This document shows positions 25,519 to 36,700 of a DNA stretch of 64,000 nt, in pieces. The translations under genes and the position numbers were made by a program. Origin of the DNA: Selaginella moellendorffii (Eukaryota > Plantae > Lycopodiophyta); the NCBI RefSeq assembly GCF_000143415.4, contig NW_003314389.1, positions 146,892 through 210,891 on the forward strand, written 5' to 3'. The stretch's first letter is position 1. Every line of letters starts with the position of its first letter. The notes beneath the pieces are model-generated. The model was not told the origin of the DNA and searched no databases. It worked only from the letters and a program-made list of their open reading frames with translations.

Positions 25519-28146
25519 CTAACAAGTCGACCAGTCCGATTCATAGTCCAAAGGATCTTTTGAAACGTCAGAGACAGACTTGAGCAAAGTCTTTGATCCA
25601 ACGACTGCGTCCTTCTCCATCTCTTTGCACACACAGTCAAACATATTGAGGAACTTCTTCATTGTTGAGAACAGGTGTGCTTGCTTTTCAGCCAGCGGAT
25701 CCTCACCAAAATATACTGCTAGATCGCTGTAGCTACTCATTGCTCTTATTTGCAGCTCTTTAAGCTCACTAATCCCTACTTTTGCTTCTTGGAAGAAAGG
25801 TACCACTATATCGCTCCTGGAAACATTTGTCTCTTCATCAACTGTTCGTAGACCGGATTCCAATTCCCTAAGGTTTTCCTGCATTCTTTCCAGACTTAAG
25901 TTTGCTGCCATCTTAACGTCCCTTAGCTCATCCGAAAGTCCCTTTACCTGCTACCATATGCGAATCTTGATTCTGTACAAAGAGGCTGTGTTACGTACCT
26001 GCATATCTGTTTTATAAAGCTGCGATACCACGAAGTGTAGTAACGTAGTCTTCTTATTGGAGCCTTTAACATCCATGAGTTTTAACAAGGTATCCAGTTT
26101 AAAACCCTTAGCTGCCCCACGATACGAGTTTCCATTTAAATGGTTCCCCACAGCTAGAACCATCTCAAGGATCTTCACAATGGTCTTGTTTTNNNNNNNN
26201 NNNNNNNNNNNNNNNNNNNNNNNNNNNNNNNNNNNNNNNNNNNNNNNNNNNNNNNNNNNNNNNNNNNNNNNNNNNNNNNNNNNNNNNNNNNNTAAGTGAG
26301 CATAGATGTCTCACATTCTGACTCGCAGTTGACTGGGGGGCATTTAGAGAAAATAACGATTCAAGCTGTTGCACGTCCACGCTAACACCATCCGTTTCCG
26401 TTCTTGCCCACACGGTCTCTATTGTTCCTTTTGGTGTTACCTTATCCCAGATGAGCTGCTTGAGCTTCGGCTTTCTCTCCACATCAGGAACACTCTCGAC
26501 AACTTGGGTTCGTGGCAGCAAGGGCAGAGCTGGTGGCGAAGCTCCGGGTGGTAGGGGGAAAGGTGGAGGCAACGGTGGTGGTGGGGGTGGTGGAGGCGGT
26601 GGAGGCGGGGGTGGCCTTGGTCTGGAAGGTGGGGGTGCCGGAGGAACTGGCTCGCAAGTTGGGTCAGACGAAGGTGATGGAGTATTATAAATCTTAGTGC
26701 TTGGAAAGAGAGTAGCCGGCTCATCCGGGCGAGCTAGCGTGCTCTGCTGGGCGGCTGTCTGCCAGTGTCGCTTGGTGCCTGAGCACCACAGAGACGAATT
26801 GTAGAAGTCATCTGAAGTTTGACAAAATCTCCTGTAGAAGAACACATTAATACGTTCCCAGCCATGCAGCACGAGTTATTCAGTTACCTTGTCATGCGTT
26901 TGCGTCTGGCACGCGGCAAGGGCGCAAACTTTTTTCTGGAGAGAATTCTCAGAAGCTCGCGTTTGCCATTTCTTATGCTCAAAAGTTTGTTTTCTGTTGT
27001 AGGACGAACTCTCAGCTCACATATGGCAGCGGAATGCGTTGTATTGCAGTCTGGCAAGTGCTGCCTAAGGGAAGAGAGTAGCCCGTCCTTCCGGTTGCAG
27101 CTGAAGCTCGGGACCTGATTGCCAAACAGGCCCGGCAGTTGTATATTCCGGTTAAATGACCCATACACATCGAAAGGCCTGTGCATGCAAGTGTCGTAAG
27201 AGCACAAGAAGCACAGGACAGGAGTACCTTCCTCCGGGACTGGAATAGAGCTTGGAGTGGACCTGCACTGGTTGTTTATCTTTCATCTTGTTGCAAGGCA
27301 TCTGGAACTTTCAACAAGGCGCTGCATTTTTGTAAAGTATCTACCTGAAGTCTAAGCGACTTGTGACTCATGGCTTGACTGGTGGAGAACAAATGTTGTT
27401 GCTCCCTCAGCAGTAAGACTGCAAACATTGTCACGGCACGGAGCCTGCCATGACACCAGTAGTGAGAGACAATTTCAGATGCTCGTGTGTAGAATGCCAC
27501 CTGCTAGCATCGGTTCCATTCATCTCTGATTGGATAAGAAAAGGGCCAACTAGAATTGCCAGCTTCAGAAGCGATATCCTTTCCATGTTGTGCTCGTGTA
27601 TCTTCAACAGGACACGCAACAAGCATTTTACGAGTTGGAAGCTAGTGTAGGGAAGCCGGGCCAGAAGAATACGGAGAACATACAGACGGCAATTAACGGC
27701 AAAAACTCCTGGTATGAGCGAGCAATGATTAGATGCTTGAAAATGTTCCGACTTACTCGTGGCTGCCAAGAAGAGAGGCTGCAGCTCCCTAGGAATTAGA
27801 ACGCCCTTGAGTTCTTTGAGAAAGAAGAGCATGGCAGCTGCAACGCCCATTGAATCCGATTGCCTGAGCTCTTGTTGCCCATGGCCTGTTTGGTGACACG
27901 AGCGAGTTCAGGTGGGGACGGAAGCAGACACACACACACACACACACACACCTTGAATCAGAAGGGATCTGAGGCGGAGAACTTCATGAACCGGAACAGG
28001 CGCGCAAAACAGCTTGTCCAGCTTATCTGCGTGGATTTGGAGTGTGGCTACAACAAGATGATGTATTTTTTTCTACCAGACGAGAGAAGAAAGTTAAGGG
28101 CCCTTTGAAGGCCCGGCTGGACGACGAGGTGATCCGCCGGTGCCAT
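25519..28146 (-). CDS. Class III formin (RhoGAP-like + FH1 + FH2); part of FH2 hidden in an N gap
   Basis: Spliced N-terminus MAPADHLVVQPGLQRALNFL..DKLFCAPV..VAAAMLFFLKEL..LIP..LARLP..KLAILVGPFLI is RhoGAP-like. Poly-Pro FH1 at about 26530-26650. FH2 motifs KPKLKQLIWDKV, VLAVGNHLNG, AKGFKLDTLLKL..TTLLHFV and YFGED. Confidence 0.88.
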
Positions 28147-28269
28147 ATACACGCGACGCCCACGCCCTAGAAGAGTGGTAGCCAGCCGGCCGGTTCAACG
28201 GAATTAAAGGTGAAAAAGAGAATGAAAAAAAGTACAGGCTTTTGGACTAGGGTTTGCGTGCGGATCGTC

Positions 28270-28392
28270 ATGGCTGGCAGTGCCACTTGCGCTGGAGCTG
28301 GTGCCGCCGGCCTCTATGCCATCAACGATGCGCTGCTGCCGTTCGAAGGCGCCATCCGCAGCACGGCGCACCAGCTTTGCACGCTGAATGAG
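28270..28392 (+). other. Orphan first exon (MAGSATCAGAG..CTLNE|gt) divergent from the formin, cut off by Helitron-like DNA
   Basis: GC-rich ATG-initiated exon. A telobox TAGGGTTT (28248-28255) lies in the 123-bp spacer. Sequence from about 28395 matches the repeat at 56045. Confidence 0.45.
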
Positions 28393-28780
28393 GTAAATCC
28401 ATTTCTTAATAATATCTCAAAAAATATCAAACTCTTTTATATTTTTAATTATTCTACTTGCTCATAACCTCACTTAACTCTACCAGCAAGCTTTACATGA
28501 GTTTTATCTTTTGTCTTTATCTTTTATCATTTATAAACATAGAACTATCACATAACTACTTAATTATAAATATTAATATATTTTTAATATAGTAATATAT
28601 TTCATATAGCATAATAACATTATCAATATATAATAAAACAAAATTTAGTTTTTATACTGAATATTAAAATAATTTACATCTTACTCTGTAAATTTACAGA
28701 CTGTCTGAGGTAATAGTAACTTACATATTTAAACATAATGCATGTATAATAATCTTATGATATTTTTAATATGATAATTT

Positions 28781-29568
28781 TGTACAAGATCCATCTTAAA
28801 ATTAATATAAATCATAGATGTATATATTATTTTTATAATAATTTTAGAGAAATCAGTTGCTATATGTGTCTTAAATGTCAATAATGAAATTTTATTAAAA
28901 TTTGAAAACTTTATGAAATATAATGATTTTATTCGTGTGCATAAAAATATGACATCCAATTTATAATTTTATTTTTTATGTTCTATAAAATTTAAGTATG
29001 GTTAATATAATTTATAATACATGAGTTTTATCTTTTATCTTTATCTTTTATCATTTATAAACATAGTTTATCATCATTTATCATTTTAGTTTTTATTCTA
29101 AATTTTAAAATAATTTACATCTTACTTTGTAAATTTACTGAGTGTCTGAGGTCTACATATTTAAAACTAATACATGTATAATAATCTTATGATATTTTTA
29201 ATATGATACTTTATCAAATAATACAAAATCTATATATATATATATAATTACTTTCTTTTGTATTTCATTTTTAAAAACATACACTGTTGTATTAAGCATA
29301 TCATTTGTGAACAATACTTCTTCAATCTCTTGTATTATAAATTATATTAACCATACTTAAATTTTATAGAACATAAAATATAAAATTATAAATTAGATGT
29401 CATATTTTTATGCACACAAATAAAATGATTATATTTCATAAAGTTTTCAAATTTTAAGAAAATTTCATTATTGACATTTAAGACACATATAAAACTGATT
29501 TCTCTAAAATTATTATAAAAATAATATATACATCTGGGATTTATATTAATTTTAAGATGGATCTTGTA
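28781..29568. repeat. AT-rich inverted repeat, ~240-bp arms (28781-29020 and 29332-29568)
   Basis: Arms are close reverse complements by direct reading. Confidence 0.8.
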
Positions 29569-30135
29569 GAAAATTCTACTTTTGAAAGACTGAAAATGAT
29601 TTAGCAAATTATTGTTACTTATGAGTATCCTCAACATAATATTATTTTTTATATATATTTAAGTATTGTATGGTTTAGATTTATATATCAGCAACAATTT
29701 TTCTAAATATCAAAATCAAATTACTTTTGTGAGGTCCAAGTGTACGGCTACGATGCTGTATATTAATATTAGTGTAGTGGGATTTTGGTAGGCATTAGAT
29801 TGGTTTCAATCTAGACCACTCACTCCTGTAAATAAGCTAGGGTTTTTGGGCTAATTGATATGCACATTTTTTATATTCCCTTTTCATATTCCAAGCACTT
29901 ACATTGGTGGAGGTGAAGGGCACCTTTCATTGTTCCTGAAAAATGCTTGGATTTGGGATTTTGGTTTACATTTAGCTTTTGCATCATCTAAATCTAGTTT
30001 TTTCTATTTCCTTTCTTTTGTTCTTTCTTTTTAGGATTTTGGTTTAGATCTAGCTTTTCCATTGTCTAGATCTCCCTTTCCTTCTAGTTTTTTCTCATTT
30101 CCCTTCTTTTGCTCTTTTGTTCTCATTCATCTTCA

Positions 30136-31067
30136 TGGCAAAGCAGCAGTCTCCTCCTCTGACTCTAGAGTAGTAGTTGGTGCACTTGCTTAATGCCATG
30201 TAATTGCAATTGAACAACCAAACTCAGTTGATGGCGGCATTCACAGCACGTGGTACAGCTCTTCCTGCTCTTGGTGCCAATCCTAATGTTCGGCAGTAGT
30301 TCTTTCATGGGAATCCTGGGGATGATGTGTACCATTGGTTCGATCACTTCATAGTGATTGCCACATATCATTCTTGGGATGATGCTCAAAATTTACATGA
30401 GTTTCCCATGTGTCTCCAAGGGATGGCATTGCAGTGGTACAATGGTTTGAGCGTAACCACTCGTAAAGATTGGAGTGTTCTCCTGGATGTCTTTAAATAC
30501 GCATTTGGACATGTTAACAATTGTGATGATGCCTTTTAACAATTGTATCATCTTTGTCAAGGGCCATCTGAGTTGGTGATGCAATTTGGCATTTGTTTCC
30601 GAAGCCTCTTGCTTTGTGCGGAGACAAATATGTCAGAGTGGATCAAACTAGGAATGTTGTGGCTAGCACTTTATTAAGATTTTGTCAGACTTGTGCATGC
30701 ACATGCTCCAACTATCCTTGACGATGCTTTTTGCTTGGCACAATGTTATGAGACATCACCTCTTCCACTTCTTGCTATATGTCCTTCTAGTCCACTTCCT
30801 GTGGGTGATGGTCCTATTCTAATGGAGGTTGATGCTGTTGCTGCTCGAGTCCAAGGACAAGGGCAAGGACATGGTTGTGGCCGTGATATTCACTGCTGGG
30901 CATGTGATGAAGTTGGTCATACTTATCGGCATTGTCAGCATTTTTTGGATTGGCAACCTCCATTTCCTAAATGGAGACCTTGGCGTCAACAACATCCTGT
31001 TAGTGCCGCTGTAGTGGAAGGTCTAGACACCGAGATGCATCCGGGAAACGAGGAGTCACACGAGTAA
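30136..31067 (+). pseudogene. Gypsy gag
   Basis: LQGMALQWY, ILMEVDAV, zinc knuckle CWACDEVGHTYRHC; internal stops. Confidence 0.85.
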
Positions 31068-31129
31068 CAAAGGGACCTTGCGTGAATAAGTCAGTGACCT
31101 CTTTCTTTCGGGAGTATCATCAAGGGGTT

Positions 31130-33840
31130 CACTTAGCACCAGTTCATCCAGTATTTACTTTCTAAATTCATTTTTATAACCAAAGGTCTCCTATTATTCT
31201 CTCTGTATTTGTTGATACAGGTTTGAGTTTATCTTCTATTGTTCGACTTGTTGCCATACATTGCTGTTTACACTTGTGTCGTGCGGCAGAGCCAGTTTTC
31301 ATTCTTTATGGCAATGCCCATACATATGCAATCTGGTTATGCATGTGGGCAATCTCAAGCTTGGGTTGTAGTCATTGCAGGTGGTGTCGAGTCAAGTTTT
31401 TGACCTCATTCTTGGTATGGATTGGTTNNNNNNNNNNNNNNNNNNNNNNNNNNNNNNNNNNNNNNNNNNNNNNNNNNNNNNNNNNNNNNNNNNNNNNNNN
31501 NNNNNNNNNNNNNNNNNNNNNNNNNNNNNNNNNNNNNNNNNNNNNNNNNNNNNNNTTGTTCCCCCATTATTTCCTCTTGTGTTTCCATCTTGTTTTGCTC
31601 TTCCTTTTTTTGATCCCTCTGACAATCTTTGTTGCTACAGCAGTTGACCGGCTCATGAAGAAGTATTCTAATCTCTTTGAATTTGACCTATCGTCTGGGG
31701 CCAAGATTGCCACACATCATCCGATTCCAACCGGGGATGCTCGGTCACCCAAAATAATCAAGATTTTACATGCAAACATCAAAGAGATGTAGGAGAAAGG
31801 TTTTATTTGGAAGTTGTGGAGTCCTTGGGCATGTGAGCCTCATCTTGTAATGAAGTCTGATGAGAGTATTCATTTTTGCATTGACTATTGTCTGTTAAAA
31901 GAAGTAACGATCCCGGATGTGTACCCTCTTCCTCACACTGCTGATCTCTTGGATTGTCTAGGACGAAGTCATTAGTTCACCAAACTAGATTTTGCTTCTA
32001 AGTACTGACAAGTACCGATGGCCAAAGAAGATATTTGTAAGACTGCTTTTCATACACTATTTGGTTTGTACAAGTTTTTGGTGATGCCATTTGGTTTGAA
32101 TAATGCTCCAACAACTTTCTAGTGGATGATGGACAAGGTTCTTTACAATACGCCGAAGGTGACTGCTAACTTCATTGATGATGTCTTGATCCACTCAGAG
32201 GGGACATGGGAGGAGCATGTTCGTGATGTTTATAAAGTGTTGGATCAGCTATGGGACATTGGTTTAAAACTAAAGTGGTCGAAGTGCGTGTTTGGGTCCA
32301 AGGACACAACTTATCTTGGGTATCGTATTTCTCATGAGGGTTTGCAAGTTGATCTTGACAAACTTGTGGCTGTTCTAAAGTTCCCTACTCTAAAGTGTAT
32401 GAATAATATGTAATGCTTCCTGGTAAGGTGCAGTATCTCAGTTGTTTTGTGGGTCATCTTTATGATAGCACTACACTATTGCGAGTGTTGCTGAAATCAT
32501 CAATGTCATCTTTCATTTTTCTCTAGATTGTGAGCGAGCATTTGTGGATCTCAAAGAGCTCTTGATGACTCTTTTGGTTTCCGCATATCCTGACTACGCT
32601 CGACCTTTTATTTTGCGCGTGGATGCTTATGATATTGGTTTTGGAAGTGTGTTGATTCAAGAGAGCCCAAGTGTGCTTGGTCAGCGCCATCCCATTTCAT
32701 ATATAAGCCGTACATTACAATTAGCAGAGGTGAATTACTCCACGACAAAGAAGGAGTGTTTAGCAGTAGTTTGGGGTTTCAAGAAACTTCGTGCATATCT
32801 ACATGGTTCTCGGACGTTACTTGAAAGTGATCATGCTGCCGTTACTTCATTATTGAAGAGAAAGAACCTGGTTAGTCGTACTGCTTGGTGGGTTTTGAAG
32901 CTTCAGATATATGATTTTAATGTTGTTCATCGCCCAAGGAGCTTTATGGCTGATGTTGGTGCCCTTTCTCAAGCTCTTCTTCCTTCTTCACTCTCTTCTC
33001 ATGTTTTTGTTATTTTGGCATTTATGGATTTTCTAGACAAGGATTCTATATCGTTGATAGTTGCTGTACTTGACATTCAATGTCCACAAGGTGCAGAGCA
33101 AGATCTACCTTCTTTTAATAAGGTTTGTGAGGCTCAAAAGCTTGGGCTATGGATTCAAAGGCTTCGAGATGGGTTGAAGAATCCTGCATCACTTGTTAAT
33201 GACTTACCATTTCGGCATCACATTCTTAGTAATGCCTTGAAGATGGCCTTCTTTATTTTATGGGGATGAATCCTGATGATCCTTTATGGCTGGTGGTGCC
33301 TTTTGTCTTTATTCCATAGTTTCTTCATGCCTACCATAATTCTCTTGTTCTAGGTGGGCATATAGGACATCGTTCTGTGACTGAGAAGCTGCATAAGTCT
33401 TTCTATTGGCTGGAGATGCAACATAATGTTATCCGGTATATGCGTAGTTGCGTTTGGTGCCAAGTTCATAATACTCCCTTCGTGCTGCAAAAGGATAGTT
33501 GGAATCAATTCCAGTTTCTTATCCATTTAAGTTGGTGGCATTTGATCTTATGGGACCTTTTCCACGATCAATTATTGGCAATGAGTATGTTATTATTGCT
33601 TTTGACTATTTGACTCGTTGGGTGGAAGTTGGTGCTCTTGCTAGTGCCTCTCCAATTATTTTTAGATATTTCCTCCTTAATCAAGTGGTGTTCCAACATT
33701 CTTGTCTAGAGTAGATTCTTTCGGATAATGGTCCCATATTTATGGCTGAGGCATTTCATGTTTTGACGTCTCAATTGGGGATATGCCACACTTTCACAAG
33801 TGCTTATTATCCACAGTCAGATGGTTTCGTGGAACGGCTC
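31130..33840 (+). pseudogene. Gypsy pol: protease, RT, RNase H and integrase N-terminal part
   Basis: VDTG and DLILGMDW; [23 protein letters not shown]; DAYDIGFGSVLIQ, NYSTTKKECLAVVW; DLMGPFP, SDNG, YPQSDGFVER. Confidence 0.9.
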
Positions 33841-36023
33841 TGTAAGCTCTTGAGTTTGAACTTCCCGGGAGGTCATCCAACCTTGTACTATTCAAACCCA
33901 AAGACGCTTAACCCCAAGTATCCCAAGACCCTTAACCGATTAGAAAAGGGGGTGCACTCTTATTCATGGGCCCTTTCCCTCTATATTTGAACCCCATGGA
34001 CCATCTCTCAAGTCGTTCTCTTTGGTTGCTTACAATCCACCATGCTTCCCTGCAAGTTCACGCCCTCGTGAACGGAAGCTGAGAGCCACAGCTCTCCGAG
34101 AGCCCCACTCTCTTGACACCCTACCCCTCGGGTCGAGCCCAGCAGGAGCAAACTAGACCAGCCAGATGTCAATCAACATATGGTGTGATTCCCCTAGCCA
34201 ACTAATAGAGTCGGACCTGAGACCTCTCTAATACCAAATATAAGCTCTTGAGTTTGGACTTCCCAGGAGGTCACCCAGCCCAGTACTATTCAAACCCAAG
34301 GACACTTAACCCCAAGTATTCCAAGACCCTTAACCGATTGAAAAAGGGGGTGCATTTTTTATTCATGGGCCCTTTCCCTCTATATTTGAACCCCATGGAC
34401 CATCTCTCAAGTCATTCTCTTTGGTTGCTTATTCGACCAACACTGCCTTAGCTTGTGCTAAGTTCCCTCGCCAAGGTTCCCGCCTATTGTACCAGCTCCT
34501 ACTTGGTCCTACTTGGTTTCAACTACTCACTGCACGAGCAATAGAGCGTTAGCCATCCGTCCACGGATTCCCAAATCTCTCCCAATCTCCCTCCTTGGGT
34601 TAGACTGGACTTAAGGTTCGGCTACACTCCCCACAGGCACAAGCAGCCAAGCACACCAAGCCTCCAGATTCCTAACACCCCTTGGTACCATAAGACTTGA
34701 TCATGGGACCCTCTAAATCCCAAGCCTTGGGTACAGCACTTGCTTCGGGACGTCAGGGCGAAACACCATGGCCTAACGGCCCGGTATGGGTACCTCTACC
34801 CCCCCACTTCCATCCCGAAGGGAAGACCCAAGCCCCTAGGACGGGCGAGGACCAATGAGCCACAAGGTACTCAAGTGGGGCACCACTCTGTAAGTGACTA
34901 ATTTTTCCATTCTACTTTAGTCACTTAACCACACCTTCGACCACTTGGAGGAGTCTCATTCACAACCTCCATAAGTCCCATTCAGGACTTGGGGCTTGCT
35001 AGCCCCGAGAATGGCATCCATGTGTAAGAGATTAAATTTTCCATTCTACTTTAGTCACTTAACCACACCTCCGACCATTTGGAGGAGTCTCATTCACAAC
35101 CTCCATTAGTCTAATTCAGGACTTGGGACTTGCTAGCCCCAAGAATGGCATCCATGCCACTCAACACTTGCACCTGGTCCAAGTGCTCCACGTGTCCGGT
35201 CCGAAGACTGACACCCAAAGGTACCACTGACATCTCGGCCCGTTACGCTAAGGCCATGTCCATTCACCTTTGCTGCACTAGTGGTCCAATACCACTTGCA
35301 TCACCATCCCGTCTCTCCAAGACTGGGCCATCTGTTCACGAGTGGTCATCCTAGATCCACTCCTTAGCATCCTTAGGATGCCCACAGACCTGGGGAATCG
35401 CCTTCCCCAAAGTCCCTTTGTCAGTTCCTACCAAGTCCCTTTCTGCCCCTGGCCGTGTTTACCAACACTGCCACTGGATCGAGGCCCACAGGCCCGACCA
35501 CTAAGTCCCATGGTCCTCTGGGACTTCCTCACCACACGACTGTGTCCTTGGTCACTACCCCAGAGGACTGCTCCTCTTCCTTTTCACAGTCTAGGCCTTT
35601 GGGACAACATTTCGGAACACCGTGGCCTTACGCGAGCCACCTGGGTACTCTCCCCGCCTTTCGCCTTTAGGTGCTCTAGCCATGGGCTTAGAGCGAGGTT
35701 CCGTTGAGCCACGCCTGGTATCCAAGTAGGTAGTGCCACCCATACTTGGACTGGGAGCATCGGCCAGTTGATCTCCCGGGGGAACTAGAGCCGGCTCTTG
35801 AACACTTCACCAAGCTACCCCGCTTGTCGGTCCATATTCACTCTAGTCTTGGACTTCCCAGTGGTCAGTTCATCACCCAACACTGGGTCTGGCCTTCCTG
35901 GGCCAAACTGGCCTTTCCTGGCCAAACTAGCTCCACTGCAGTCCTCCCCCTTACTATACTTTTGGAGCTCACCAAACCCCCCAGGGTCTGGGAGACGGAC
36001 GCTTTGGGCTTTCACCCGCTCAG

Positions 36024-36700
36024 GCTCCGGACTCGGACTCGGACTCGGACTCGGACTCGGACTCGGACTCGGATTCAGACTCGGACTCGGGCTCGGGCTC
36101 GGTCTCGGCCTCGGCCTCGGTCTCGGTCTCGGTCCCGATCTCGGTCTCGGTCTCGGTCTCGGTCCCGGTCTCGGTCTCGAGTTTGGACTCCATCTCGGAC
36201 TCCATCTCGGACTCCTTCTCGGACTCCATCTCGGGTCCATCTCGGGTCCATCTCGGACTCCATCTCGGACTCCATCTCGGGTCCATCTCGGACTCCATCT
36301 CGGACTCCATTTTGGGTCCATCTCGGGTCCACCTCGGACTCCATCTCGAACTCCATCTCGGACTCCATCTCGGGTCCATCTCGGACTCCACTTCGGACTC
36401 CAACTCGGGTCCATCTCGGGTCCACCTCGGACTCCACTTTGGACTCCATCTCGGGTCCATCTCGGGTCCCCCTCGGACTCCACTTCGGACTCCATCTCGG
36501 ACTCCATCTCGGGTCCATCTCGGACTCCACTTCGGACTTCAACTCGGGTCCATCTCGGACTCCACTTCGGACTCCAACTCGGGTCCATCTCGGACTCCAC
36601 TTCGGACTCCAACTCGAGTCCATCTCGGACTCCACTTCGGACTCCAACCCGGGTCCATCTCGGACTCCACTTCGGACTCCAACTCGAGTCCATCTCGGAC
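36024..36700. repeat. Tandem array in the 3' LTR: GGACTC and CGGTCT hexamers, then GGACTCCATCTC 12-mers and GGGTCCATCTC 11-mers
   Basis: Directly visible periodicity. Confidence 0.95.

Noticed and set aside
26193-26292. Apparent deletion of much of FH2
   Set aside because: Coincides with an assembly gap of unknown true size; not evidence of pseudogenisation.
26451-26690. Gly-rich plus-strand ORF
   Set aside because: Antisense shadow of the formin poly-Pro FH1.
36024-36700. CRISPR-like or telomeric array
   Set aside because: No unique spacers, not TTTAGGG, and eukaryotic LTR context.
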